NCBI GenBank assembly: GCA_965213685.1 | Contig: CBDBZY010000064.1 | Coordinates: forward strand, 160,001 to 224,000 | Direction: 5' to 3' | DNA: 64,000 nt | Source: a bacterium | GTDB taxonomy: Bacteria; UBA8248 | Shown here: positions 38,684 through 55,059 of the stretch, one piece after another | Layout: the number at the start of each line of letters is the position of its first letter | Numbering within the stretch: the stretch's first letter is position 1 | Notes under the pieces: model-generated | The model's input: the letters and a program-made list of their open reading frames with translations, nothing else | The model's database searches: none | Told to the model about the DNA's origin: nothing | Translations under genes and position numbers: made by a program

Positions 38684-39000
38684 TACATGAAATAACATGT
38701 GCATAGCACACCAGCTAGAAAGAGTCAAAGAAAGTTAAAAGAAAGGTGAATTAAGGCCATAACCCCCTATACGTATACATGTAACACAATGAGCACAAGA
38801 CACCTGGATGCCCAGCCTTGAGAACTGGGGCGGTGGGTTGAAGATCTTTTATTGCGCCAACTCTCCCCACACACCCAAGTGCTGTCTTGAACTCACATAT
38901 ACACAGACACAGACATGAACAACAAAAACAGCTTCAAGGCTTTGAAAAATAGCTCAGAGCAATTTAACACACCACAGCCTCTAGGCTTAGAAAATAACTT
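38684..39000 (-). repeat. Upstream pseudo-LTR of the family-1 Naiad (direct repeat of its 3' end)
   Basis: Matches 31862-32179, starting at the same TACATGAAA terminus. Confidence 0.8.
38796..38889 (-). ncRNA. Twister ribozyme candidate in the upstream pLTR (core intact)
   Basis: Same as 31974-32067 apart from one linker substitution. Confidence 0.7.
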
Positions 39001-41200
39001 CAATAGTTCACTAAAATGTATTCTGTTCTTGCAAGCTTCTTTCAGAATCCCTCGAACAAATCATAACAGCCACTGCTACCCATCAGGAACAGAGTAGAAA
39101 GGGGCTTAACCCGAAGGAGCTTGACCACCATCACGCCATTTTGAAGTTGGGGGGCTGAGCCCCTCCAAATAGTCCTGAGCTAGAGTGACTACTTCACTAC
39201 ATGTATGTAACTGGCTAACTCATACCCGCTACATTAACGTTTTTGTACAATAGAAAGACGTTGCTCAAACCTCTCTCAAATCAGCGACAATGCCAGCCTA
39301 AAATTAATAGGCGTGGCTTCGCGAGGCCGTTCTCGCTAGGTGCAGAGAAAAAGCCGCACCCGAAATTACAGGTCCAACCCTTACGTCACTGTGGTGCTGT
39401 AATTCAAGGAAAGGAATGTTGTGAAGACAAAGAGGAATACAATTGACCTTATGCAGTGAAATGAATACACTAAGTCTCTTGAACAGAGATCCAGTTACAG
39501 TGACAGTTGAATAATCACTGACCAGGTGAAAAAGGCGTCCAGCGTGAGAGTAGAACCAAGGTGTGGTGACAGTAAGCAAGAATTCGATGCTACACTCCTA
39601 GCATGCTAGCAGCCCTTGGGAGTAGGCTGGACCCTGCCATGTTTACCTCTCTTTCGATACTCTTAGCCATCCTCATTTAGTACATGAAATAACATGTGCA
39701 TAGCACACCAGCTAGAAAGAGTCAAAGAAAGTTAAAAGAAAGGTAAATTAAGGCCATAACCCCCTATACATATACATGTAACACAATGAGCACAAGACAC
39801 CTGGATGCCCAGCCTTGAGAACTGGGGCGGTGGGTTGAAGATCTTTTATGGCGCCAACTCTCCAAGTGCTGTCTTGAACTCACATATACACAGACACAGA
39901 CATGAACAACAAAAACAGCCTCAAGACTTAGAAAAATAGCTCAGAGCAATTTAACACACCACAGCCTCTAGGCTTAGAAAATAACTTTGACATACAGTAG
40001 CCTCTAAGCTTAGAAAAATCTAAATTGGAAAACAACTAGAACAGCCTCAAGGTTTAGAAAAATAAATTTAACACACCAGCGTATACTGCGCATTGCGCAG
40101 CATTGCGCGATATCAAGTGACCCTCGATGGGCTGGTATAGTACAGTACTAGTACTTGACTTGCTTACTACGTAATTTTCATTACTGCGCTTGCGTTGTTT
40201 GTTCTAAAACGGCAGTTACTACACAGGAGGTTGGAAGCGGCGACGAAATCATGCGACTTAAATCCCACACATAAACAATAATTATTACTATACCGTCAAT
40301 GAGCATATTTAGCATATATACCAGTCGAGTTGGTAGGTTTGTGAAAGCGCTCCTGTAGCTATGCGTGTCAGGCAGGTATCGTCGCTATCTTCTACACTGG
40401 CCCTAGGCGCTACCTGTTTACATTGCTGAAGCTCTGTCGTGCGTTGTGCCGTAACTCGCCAATTACGCAACTGAGATGACCATAGCAAGGTTAAGATCAC
40501 GCTTTTTTTTGCTATGTACACATAAACGTAGCCTTACTGTGGGCTGTATAAGCATGGGACATACATACAAACGTATCCTTACTGTTGATTTCTCCTGTCT
40601 CAGCTCAGCTTAGTTTAAGAAATGGGCAGTCTCCATAGTGTATGTTCCAGGTGGTAGAGTGCTGTTCACTGAGTGACACCATTACCCCTATTGTGTGGGC
40701 AGGGCCATTACCTCAGTACAGTGAAACCTCTGTATAGTGTTCACTCTGTAAAGCAGCCACCTCATTATTACAGCCACCTACTCAGGTCACTTGGGATATA
40801 ATGCCCAATATTTACACCTCTATTAAACAGCCACCTCTCTATTACAGCTACAAATTTATGGCCCATAGGTGACCACTCTAGGGAGGTTCCACTGCAATGG
40901 CTTAAAACTGTGCACAAAACCTGCTGGTTGGCAAAAAGTGCATGGAGTGCTAGTCAGCTAGTACTAGTGTATCGCCTTGTCAGTGGCAGCACCATGAGTA
41001 ATGGTTATGTCAACCCATTGGACTACCAGGCCAGGAAGAGATACTATGAAAAGCTGGAAACTGTTGGCCTGTCTCTTAATGTTGAACCATATAGTGCTAG
41101 TGATAGATTCCATTCTGACACGACCCTTTGGCCAAAGATCGAATACAGTTTAATACATTTCAGGCCTGGCACCTACGTTCAGGAACAACTTCTCTCATAT

Positions 41201-41983
41201 CCCGGGTGAAAAATCAGCTGTCGGTACGCGCTATAACGTGCAATTATCCGACAAAAAATCTCGCGTTAGTCCATAGTTTTCCGCGGCTACACTAGAAACA
41301 ACGCCAAGACTACACGTTAAAATACGCGTCATACCGCTGCCAAACGCACTGTACTTCTCCGTGAAATGGCTTTATAACGCGTTTTTGTGTAGCGGAGTGC
41401 AACTACAACCTTCACGCTAGTGCACGCGAGAGAGCCCAGCCTAGCCGCATTGAGGTGTGCGATCGCCGTCATAATACCAGTGAACGTTCGTGACCTCACG
41501 CGCTCGCATGCGCACTGCCATGTTCAAAATGTTATGGATAAGCTATGTAGTATTTGTTATGTTGTATATACACACAATTAAGTAGAGTGCGTGAAGTCAT
41601 GAAGTCGCATCTGACATCTGGACGTGGGTTTCTATGGAAAAGTTCTGCTTTGCAGGCGCCACTTTCATGCGTAATACAAACGTAGCGGTTGCTGCGGTCC
41701 GGCATGCACGCTCATGTGCATGCCGTACTTTCTAGAGGAGTAATGCTGGGCTAGTAATAGATTCATATTTAGAGATAGCAGCTCTATGAGCTAGCCCCTC
41801 CCCATCGCAGGGGTAAAAGTCGCACAGTCGCCGTTAAACAGCGTCGAGTAGAGCGCTGTTATATCGCGGTTTTTGTACTTGAAGCGATACAATATGTAGC
41901 AAATCGTGTTTTCATGACATCACGCGTGATTTTGCGCTATACGCGTTTTTTTGGAGTGAATGACGACAACCTTTTCACCCGGG
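41201..41983. mobile_element. CCC-terminated (EnSpm/CACTA-like) MITE
   Basis: TIR CCCGGGTGAAAA / TTTTCACCCGGG flanked by AT; absent at ~6576. Confidence 0.7.
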
Positions 41984-43337
41984 ATGGAAGCAGATGGAAG
42001 CACCCAGCTGGATTCAAAAACGTGCGTGACAAGTCCACTGACTGAGGACTGAGCACACCAGCGTCAGCTGTTGGACAGGAAGAACACTATAGCTAACACA
42101 GTGCAACTATCAGAAAACTCTAATCTATGTCTATTCCTCACTCACGATGTTTCTGTTATATTCTCTCTTCAAGAGAGGAGGTTACCGCCATACAGTCGGT
42201 CAGGAACGTGTTTATACACAGCACGGTTGTTACTAAAACCCAGGATGGGACGGGGTGAATCCGAGACATCCCGTCCCGTCCGTACGCGTATGATAGCCAC
42301 GCTGGCGGCAGTTAGGCACTCCTGGCACGTATCTACTACGGACTCTACAAGTGCTTCGGCAGGACATGTAGCTACTACGGACTCTACAAGTGCTTCGTCG
42401 CATCATACCTTTACACTGTATCTTTGCAAATTTCACAGTTCATGACAAGACTGTGCAAATATTACTTTCACAAAAACGACAAAACCTCTTGCGAAGACCT
42501 ACACAAGATGCATGAAACCGTTCCATACAAGTGTCACATTCAATCATGGCGCAAGCATTTTTCGTAGTATGGTACAGTCTGCTTCCCTTTCGTCACCCTG
42601 AAATAATGTCAAACTCTTCTCAATGGGCATAATGTACACGGCTTGGGCAATCACGTGACCGCTTCCAACCTCCTCTGGTTACTACAAGTACACCAGGCCT
42701 GACTCAGCAACACGAATGCCCTATGACATGTCAGACTCTTAGTGAGACACATGATAACCCCTCAATCGACAAAGTGGTTAATAAAGTCTGGGGCAACCAA
42801 ACCCAGCCCAGCCTGGTTATGTATGAGGGAGGAAAAACTCACTGCCGTATCATCTGAGTGATGGAAAGAAAGTGGAAGAAAAAGTGGACTCCTGCAGGAC
42901 CTGAACCCACAAATCTCAGCTTTATATGCTGACATTCTACCGACTGAGTCAGAACTAAAGAGCCCAGCCAGCAGGCAGGCTGTTTGTTTGTCATGTTTGT
43001 TTTCCCCCCTCATACACCAACCAGGGGTTATCATGTGTCTATACTTTTAAAAAAACAGACCCTTAATGGGTCTCCTGCTTCAGCCACTGCCCCTCAGACT
43101 AACTAGGCTAGGCTAGGTTGGTTGCCCTAGACTTTAACAACCATCTTGTCTGTTGGGGCAGCAGGGAGCTTCATTGCAGATCGGCAGAGACTGTTGTCAG
43201 GATATGGTATCGACTTTGCCTGCTGTCAGAAGTCGGAAGAGCGTCAGCATATAGAAAACTGAGAGTCCTAGGTTCGAGTCCCACAAGAGTCCACTTTTTC
43301 TTCCACTTTCTTTCTCTTAGAGAGTCTAACTGATGAG

Positions 43338-46300
43338 ACTAGTGTGGGCTACGGCAAAAGCCTTTGATACCAAGCGCTGCCGTTCATGATGGCTTTGCCA
43401 TCAGATAGTAATGAACAAAGCACTAGTAACAGTGAAGCAAGTGCGAATGTTTCTGATCAGCGCTCTCTGTCTCCTTTTTTGGTCATAGACTGAGGGCATC
43501 TGGCCGTACCGTGGTGGATGATCGTTGACACTCAACACAATTATCTAATCATGAGACACTGACAATTATGTATTCAAATGCTCGAAGTTTGTTACCTAGA
43601 TTGAAGTTTTAGTGTATAGTAATCTATGCATTGTTGAATCATGGCTATCACAAGGCATATTTGACAACGAAACAACAATTATGGGTTATAACTGTCATAG
43701 AAAAGATTGTAACAGGCATGGTGGAGGTGTATGTGTATATACAAGTCAGCATCTTGCCACAATGAATATGTCAGAAGAGGTTCATGCAGATCTGGAATGT
43801 ATATTTGTGAATGTTTTGAAAGGTACAGTCAAAACAACAGTTGGATGTTTCTATCGACCACCCCATTCTCCAAATTTTTTTTTGATACTCTCACAGATTC
43901 TATTTTTGCACTTCAGCCTAACCTGTTGACTAATTTCGTACTTATTGGTGACTTTAATGTTGATACTTCAAGAGGAATTAATACATGTCTGAACAATTTC
44001 ATGGCAACGTTGAGTCTCAGCCAAGTGGTCACCACGACAACACATATTTCTCCCACTGGACGAGAGACTACAATTGACTTGTGCTTCGTGTCATGTATAG
44101 AAAATCTTATTTTTTGTGAAACAAGACCTCCGCTTGGAACCTCTGATCATAAGTCTCTTGTTGTCACCTTGAAAAGTGACTGTATGCGAAGGAACAAACT
44201 TCATTACGAAAAACTTCTATGGAGGTACACTGAAGCCAATGTAGAAAGGGCATGTGCATTGATAAGAAACACTGACTGGAAAATAATCTTGATGAGTAAT
44301 GTAAATGAGTCATGGCAAAACTGGAAAAGGATCTTTTTTGACATAATGCAACAGTGTGTTCCACGAGCTAAACAGCAATGCCGGCGTTATTTGCTTTGGA
44401 TTAACAAAAATATTATGTGTGCTATTAAAAGAAGAGATCACTTGTATCGTAAGTTCAAGATATCGTAGAGTGTATCTGCTTGGAAGAAGTATAAAGAGAT
44501 GAGAAATCGAGTGGTCAAACTCATTAGGTCATCCAGAGCTGTTTTTTTCAGTAACTCTCCAGAATGGCAAATGATCCTCAGAAGTTTTGGAAAATAGTGA
44601 ACACTTCGAACACTGTTTCAAGTCATATTCCTACACTGGTTTCTGATAATACGTTGGTGTCGGAAGACGCTGAGAGAGCTGAAGTACTGAACATTTTCTT
44701 TGGTGAGAGCCTTAACAAATCAGATCCTCCTCTTCAACATTCTCCATCTCAACATCTGAGTGACTCCACCTCAGATATATCATTAATAATTTATTGACAT
44801 CTCTGAAGAGGAAGTTGTGTGCCTGATTTCTTCCCTGAAGCCCTAAATGTCACCTGGAAAAACTACTGTTGAAATGTTACAGTTGGTTGCCCAGTGTATT
44901 GGGCCAGCACTAATGCTGCTATTTAACATTTTCTTGCAATGGGAAAAATTCCATCGGAGTGGAAAGTTGGAAAAGTTATTCCTATACCCAAGGGAAAACA
45001 TCTTCAGTTGCCATCCAACTATCGTCCAATTATGCTTCTACCCATTGTCAGCAAGATTTTAGAACGACATATCTTTAATATTCTGCGTGACTTCATGCAC
45101 AACCAGTGCCCACTCTCTCCAAACCAGTGGGGATTCTGCTCAGGGAAATCCACTAGCACTGCTCTAGCTTACATTACACATTGCTGGAATGCAAAGTTGC
45201 ATACTGGTGTGGATATATGTGCAGTCTTTTTTGACTTAAGAAAGGCCTTCGATAGGGCACTGCTTCAGAAACTTTCTAAGCTAGATTTACCTCCTCTGTT
45301 GTTCCAGTGGCTCCAGGACTACTTAACTGGTAGATTTAAGCAAGTTGCTATCGGAGAGGCAATATCCAGGTTACTTCCTGTTCTATTGGGTGTGTGCCTC
45401 AAGGGTCAATACTTGGTCCGCTGTTGTTCATCTTTTTCATTGATGATATTTGTGATCTCCCACTATCGAAGGATTCCACTCTTGCACTCTATGCAGATGA
45501 CATCTGTTATTCCAGGCCTATTTGCAGCAGTGAGGACTTTGCAATTGTACAAAGGGACATTGACTTAATTGGAAACTGGTCCAGTAGTAACCATCCGAAA
45601 TTTATTTAAGATAAGTGTCAATGGATGTTTATATCTCCAAACGATCTAAGAACCCTGAATGTTATGCAGTCGACCTGTTTGTTAATGCAACTAAACTAAA
45701 TCGTGTCTTTGAAGTGAAGTACTTGGGTGTACTTATCACTCACAACCTAAATTGGGCTGCACATATTCATTCTGTGGTCTCCAAAACAAGACAAAAACTG
45801 GGTTTTGTCTACCGCAAGTTTTACAAACACTGCAACACTACAGTTCTCCGGAAACTATATGCATCATTAATATGCCCAGTACTGTTGCATTGTATGGGAC
45901 CCCTTCACAAAGGGCTCAATTGAACACTTGGAAAAAACTCCAAAGCTGGCTGCAAAAATCTGCCTGAAGAAGTAGAACTTATGATACACTACCATGTTGA
46001 GGGAGCTTAACTTGCCTACATTGCAAATTTGCAATCTAGGAGGCACATTATGAAGCTATGTGTTGTTTATGCCATACTTAATGACTCAATGTACTTCCCA
46101 TCAGGTATCTTTGATCGCAATTCCAGTGTCAGCACTAGAACCAATACTCCACTGTGCCTCCAGCCTGTACATTGCTCTACCAATTATTTCATGTTTTCTT
46201 TTGTTCCTCATTCCATCCTTCTGTGGAACAGTCTCCCACCATGCATCTCTGGATCTGCATCCTGCATCATTGTTGTCTTTTAAACGCGCATTACATGTTT

Positions 46301-47652
46301 GGCTCTAGTTCGCTTGTCCATTCCTTATATTTACAAGTATGAAAAACATTTTCCAAAAACGTAGAAGGATGTAGGGATGGCAGTGCCAAAAACCACACAA
46401 ACTAGATATATGGATGGCAGTGTGCAGAGGACTACACAAGTAACCCCATCCCTACATCTTTTTTTCATCTTCGTTTCCTGCACAAAGATGTTTCCAGTAA
46501 TCTCACAGCAAAGTTTAGATACACGTTCTATTCAAAAAAAAAAGATGTAGGGATGGGGTTACTTGTGTAGTCCTCTGCACACTGCCATCCATATATCTAG
46601 TTTGTGTGGTTTTTGGCACTGCCATCCCTACATCCTTCTACATTTTTGGAAAATGTTTTTCATACTTGTTTGCATGCATTTTTTACTGTGCTACAGTACC
46701 ATACAGGAGGTTGTCCTTCTCTAAGTTAAGCACCAACACCTTCCTCCGCGTACGGAAAAATACGGCTGGCTTGCGAGGCTAAGTATGTTTCTTGGGATCA
46801 TACTCGGAAGTGAAGCTCAGTGATGCAACTTTGATTTTTGGGGGCGCCGTATCGTTTGGTAGAGAGATGCATAACGCTGCTTAGCGCTCAAAGTGGCTTG
46901 AAAAGCCTAACACGAGCGTCCGCTAGTTATAAAGAACATTTTTGTATGTACACGCGCAATTGGTACGTCGGTGCCATTCCTACACGAACAGTTTACCGAC
47001 TCTGAAACAACAGTGAAGATAAGGCTGAAACACAGGCCACTCGGCCGTTATCATGAGTAGCTTTTCTTGGAGAAATTACTAGGGCGTGGCTTCGTGTGAT
47101 TGCACGCGGCGCGCGAGGCCGGCCCTCACGTGCTTGCAACCTGTGTCACATGACAATTATTAGAAAATGGCTTCCAAATATGGGCATGTTGTCCAGTGCG
47201 TCTAGTTTCTGCTTATTTGAGAAGATACTAAGATGCCGTTAAGGCAGATCATACGCGGTAGTGATTACAGTTGATCTGTAAAGAACTACGGTGATTACTT
47301 CTGCCAGTTTCGAGAAAAGTCGTTTGAAAAAAATCTCTTAAGAAGAAGAAGAAGAAGAATCAGAAAGAAAAAGAAATCACCACTTCGCCCGTTTCCTGGC
47401 AGTGAGTCTAGGGATGCTTTTTAGCTATCTGGGGGATATTATTGGGTAGAGAAACGTCGGAATAGGATAGCTAGGTGTCTAGAAAGACTTAGAACACGAG
47501 CGTTCCCGAGTTAAGACGGATTTCCAATGTACGCACACTATGGGCGGACCGGCGCCATCCCTACATAGAGAGTCTACCGACTCTCTGATTGACTAAATTG
47601 CACTGAAGTACGTCACTAGCTATTGTGCTATTGCACTTCGTATTTCTAATAA
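43338..47652 (+). mobile_element. LINE-A copy 2 (Helentron-like insertion in its 3' UTR)
   Basis: Paralogous to 7913-11970 without its two nested insertions. Confidence 0.88.
46333..47587 (+). mobile_element. Full-length Helentron/DINE-like element, no TSD
   Basis: Palindrome 46333-46669; 3' CCATCCCTACAT plus AGAGAGTCTACCGACTCTCT; empty sites at ~11900 and ~59295 (ccttatattta|ttgact). Confidence 0.8.
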
Positions 47653-50600
47653 TGGACTCACCCTCGGAACGCCTGGGTATGAGGCTAGTCGCTACTAAGC
47701 CTCGGCATAACCAACTCTAGCGCTTCTGCTCTATGCCGTCGCTATATACATCCGCATGTACGTGTAGTAAATGTAAACGTCATCAATGGAACGCAAGACG
47801 TCATTGACAAATTATTGTATTACGTAATGTAATCAGTATGTACCTGGCGTTCCTCCTCGCCGCAGAGTACAAAACCACGTTTATAATGTACTGTGCAACA
47901 CTAAATATTATGGGGTGTGATCTGTGTCAAAATTGGTAATGGAAGCTTTCAATAATACTTTGCATATTTATGCAGGGATACACATAATAGCAATCTGCTA
48001 ACACAGGATGTGTAACCTTATATACTAATTACAAAGCTAAAACTAACAGGTACACTGCAAAAAATCCATGGTTATTTTAACCAATAAGAATGGTTATCTC
48101 AGTTGCACATTTGTTCTCTCAACACTTGGCACTGAGCAGAGGTATAAAGAATGTGCAAGATGTGTAGGATATCATCCAGGAGGAATTGAGCGGTAGAAGA
48201 CAGTCCATTAGTCTACTGAGCATGACAGAGGAGTGGGCTGTTTGCCCATCCTCATGGATGGGCTGTTTACCCATCCTCATGGGCTGTTTACCCATCCTCT
48301 GTCGAATTCCTGTCATAGCACACAATTACTTACAATTACTCACATATTATTGGGGACACCCTACACTTTGCCCACAAGTCTTCAATCTCAAGAGTATAGG
48401 ATAACTCTGTGTGGGGGGTTACATGATGTCATTCAGCTTCAATATCAAGAGTATAGGACAACTCAGTGTGGGAATGAGATGGTGTCACTCAGCTGCAACT
48501 GAGATAACCTTAGCAAGGTTTAAAATAACCATTTCTTTTTTGCAGTGTACAGATGGTTATGTGCAATAGGAAACAACATTTTGTTTGAAGTAACCATATG
48601 TGGAATTCAACACAGGTGAAGCTTACTAAGCGTGCATGTCTTGCTAGGAATCTTGCTAGGAATGTCGCTACATAACATTGTGGCCAGCAACCACACCCGG
48701 GGGGGTGTCCGGAACAAGTCCTGAACAGACTCTCGCTTGCGGAGAGAGTCTGGCTACGCGAGACTACTCTCGGTTGGAGCCCAGTCGCGCCCTCTGGTTG
48801 CCAACACCTATTGCTTTCGGAAACCGGTAGAATCTTGTGTGCTTGGTGCCTCCGTACGCGCTGCAACGTACTGGCATTTAGTACGCAACATGGACGAAAA
48901 TACAATGCAATATACAGGGGCAAAAATGTGGCATACTGTAATACCATAGAACGCAACATACGCTTTACCCACCAAGCGCTTTCTTACACTTTTGCACCTC
49001 GCTAAGCGCCCTCAGTTCTGCAGCACCACCACGCGCGGCTCCTGACGAAACCCCAACACTGTGTCACAACCCGCGTAGAGTGAAGGAGGGCTGGATTCAA
49101 AACGTGCGTGACTAGTCCACTGCGGAACACACCAGGCACAATGTCAGTCAGTGGGCTGGAACGACACTACGACACCATAAACTATGTCTATTACCCTACT
49201 CATTATGGTTCTTACCTAATATTCAGGAGAGGAGGGTTTTGTGCGTAAGAGGTACTTGCTATGCTTGCTGCGTTTAGCAGAAAAGGGTATTGTATGGGCC
49301 CTTTAGAGCGAAGGTATGAAGATATTTTAAACGTGAAGTCTGACTATGTATAGTAGCGAAGCCCCCCATACGCACACCTGACAACCGTAAGTGTAGTCGC
49401 TTCCGTCGGTCACGGTATAGAAGGCCCCTGCCCCGGGCACAACCTTTGACCCCTCCTGCACATGGCGGACAGATTCAAAATAGCGAGCAGCAACCAGCGC
49501 ACTATCCACGTCCATCACAGCACCCTACCCTTCGCTATGTACCGCTTTTGGCGCGAATAACGTTCATTTCACGTGGCCGCGCGTCTTCTAGCGTTTGTCT
49601 GGTCGAAATAGCCCTGAACAGTTTGCCATGGCAGAATGACATGAGAGAAGCACTGAAGAGGGGAAGCCTGAGATCCAGGTACACAAACAAGTGAATATAG
49701 GTACATACACATGAAAAATGAAAGATAAAAGTACATTGCTAGGTACAGGTGCACTATGGTGGTCGTCAGCCTCCTCAGACTTTTGTCGGTAGCTATATAG
49801 GCTGAATAGATTCCTCCAGGAGTCCAGGCCAGAGGAGTTTAGTCCGTCAGTCAAGTGGATGGAGGATGAGTGTGTGTGTCCAAAAAGGAGACGTACAGGA
49901 GATAAACAACTTGACCCTGTAGCGGCAAGTGAAGATGCTTGCACTTACAATTCTTACATTTACATATGCAGACCGACACATAAAGGGGATCACCCCGTGC
50001 TGTGGTCAACCCACTGACAAAGCCCACTGCCCTCACTGTCTGTGCACACCGTGTGTGGTGGCACAGCCCACAGACTTTCTGGTTGGCAGTTCAGCTGCCA
50101 GTCTGAACAACGTATCCAAGCAATACAGCCTGTACAGAAAGTTCTGGGCATTACTACAGCAGTTGGGAGTGTGGGAGCACCCAACGTAGTTGGAATAAAA
50201 CAAAACACCACCACACACCAAGTATACCTTACCACCATTTGCATAACTGGCTTTCACTCCTCCACTGCGGCGAGAGTGTGACACACGCTTTCACAACATC
50301 TGTGTATACTGCTGCTTCTTGTTCACTACAAGAACGCAAGAGAAGCACACAAATCACGAAGTGCTTTCTCCTCGCAAAGGAAGAGTTCCTGTCCCAACAG
50401 CACAGCACCATCACTGTACATCCCTGTAGTACACATATACATGTAGCAAGAAACCTATCAAGTTCAAGGACAAACATGGCGGCAGGCTAACACCTTTACT
50501 ACTACTTACCTGCATTTTCCAACATACAGCTAGTTGTTGCTACTCTTGCACGTGGTCTGCGGATACTAGAATACTGTACCACAGGTTGGATGGGTGTACT

Positions 50601-52203
50601 GGGGACGCTACTTCGCTCTTCCACCAGGGACAGCAAGTTCGAGTAGCTGTGGTGCGCCCTGGGGTGTCAAAAAACTTCGCGTGGCACTCAGACGCTGTAG
50701 AAAGGATGCTTTGGCATCATCAGTTGGAAACTTAAACGACCCTAAGACATGATTTTGCCTGATTTATGTTTTATTGTATTCTCCTAATGATGACTGTTAG
50801 CGAAATAACGTAGTTTTGCGTGATAAACTAGTTCACTCCCCTTTGGCGAGCATCCACCTCTTCATCGGTTGGCGCCACACAGCGCCGCACGTCCAACGGT
50901 AGCGGGAAATATGAATTTTTTCCCAGCGAATTTGCAACCGCGCCAAAGAATTGCTGTCGTTTTAGGGTTTTGTAAACGTAGGGAGAAAGCGACGGTAGAG
51001 TAATTGACGAAGAACGCAATCATGACTCGCCCTCCCTTAAGGGTGGTCGGACATGGATACTGTGCGGCTCTAAAGGAATGCGCAGATCTGGGCTTCGTGG
51101 TTAATTAGTGGAAGCCAAATGCAACAGCTGCACGCATTAGCGTAATAGATCTGGCCCGTCTAAGGTATGCAGCGTGCATAACTCTGTAAAACTCCGTAGC
51201 GCTTTTCGTGATCGGGACGCCCTTCCGTTGGCGTCATCGTGGGCAGGTACCGCAGACCGTAACGTGGAGTTTTTCCGAATTGAACGCTCCAAATTCGAGA
51301 AAAGTTCAAAAACCCGTGCTTGCGTACTAGATACAGTGAAAACGGCCACGTTAATGGCTAGCGCTTGCTCGAATAGCTCTGGTGCCTGAGTTTCAGGGAG
51401 GTAGGTAAATCGGTTAAGAAGTTTTATAGAGAAAGAGTCTAAGACTTTACCGCCGTAACTCTCGGTGACTAGGTAAGCTGGAGCTGTGAAACTTGGTATA
51501 CGAATTGCAGTGTCTGCAGTGTCTATAAGGGCCCAAACACGACATTGGTAGGTACCGTACTTTGCGAGATATAATAGCATAGCAACCACATGCCTCATTA
51601 ATGTTCATGATATCCGACCACCCCCCGAAAGAGGGTCTGGCAACTATACTCGACCCTATGACGTGGCCGTCCGGCATGTGGGATGGCCAATAACAGCGCA
51701 GCATTCTTCAATTCTACGTTCTTCAGCGCAGCATTCTTCAATTCTACGTTCCATAGTAGATAGTTGCCTGTTCAACAAGTAACGCCACCCAATCATTTAT
51801 TTTTACTTGTTACCTGCATTTGTAGTCTTTGTATGCCCTGTCTTGCCTATATTTTATACACAGCAAAAATAGAATTGTTGTTTTAACAAAACAAGGCCAA
51901 GGCACAGCTCACAACAGCTGTTACAACTATATTTGTAGTACAGTTTTACATGGCCCTGCAGCAAATATAACAAAGGTCTTTATCATAGGAACAATGTCAT
52001 TTTTGCTGTGTACACAGCTAAAAAGAGATGGACAATTGAATGTTATTTCAGGTACTAGCACTCACCACATCATTCAGTTTTCTTGCCACTATTTCTCTTT
52101 TAAACTCTTAACGACAGAATAGGTGAACAATGAATCAATGCTGGTGTCAGTTTATGCTCAGTGGATTAAAATATGTATTGTCATACTTCTTAATCATCCC
52201 TAC

Positions 52204-55059
<2,856 letters not shown>

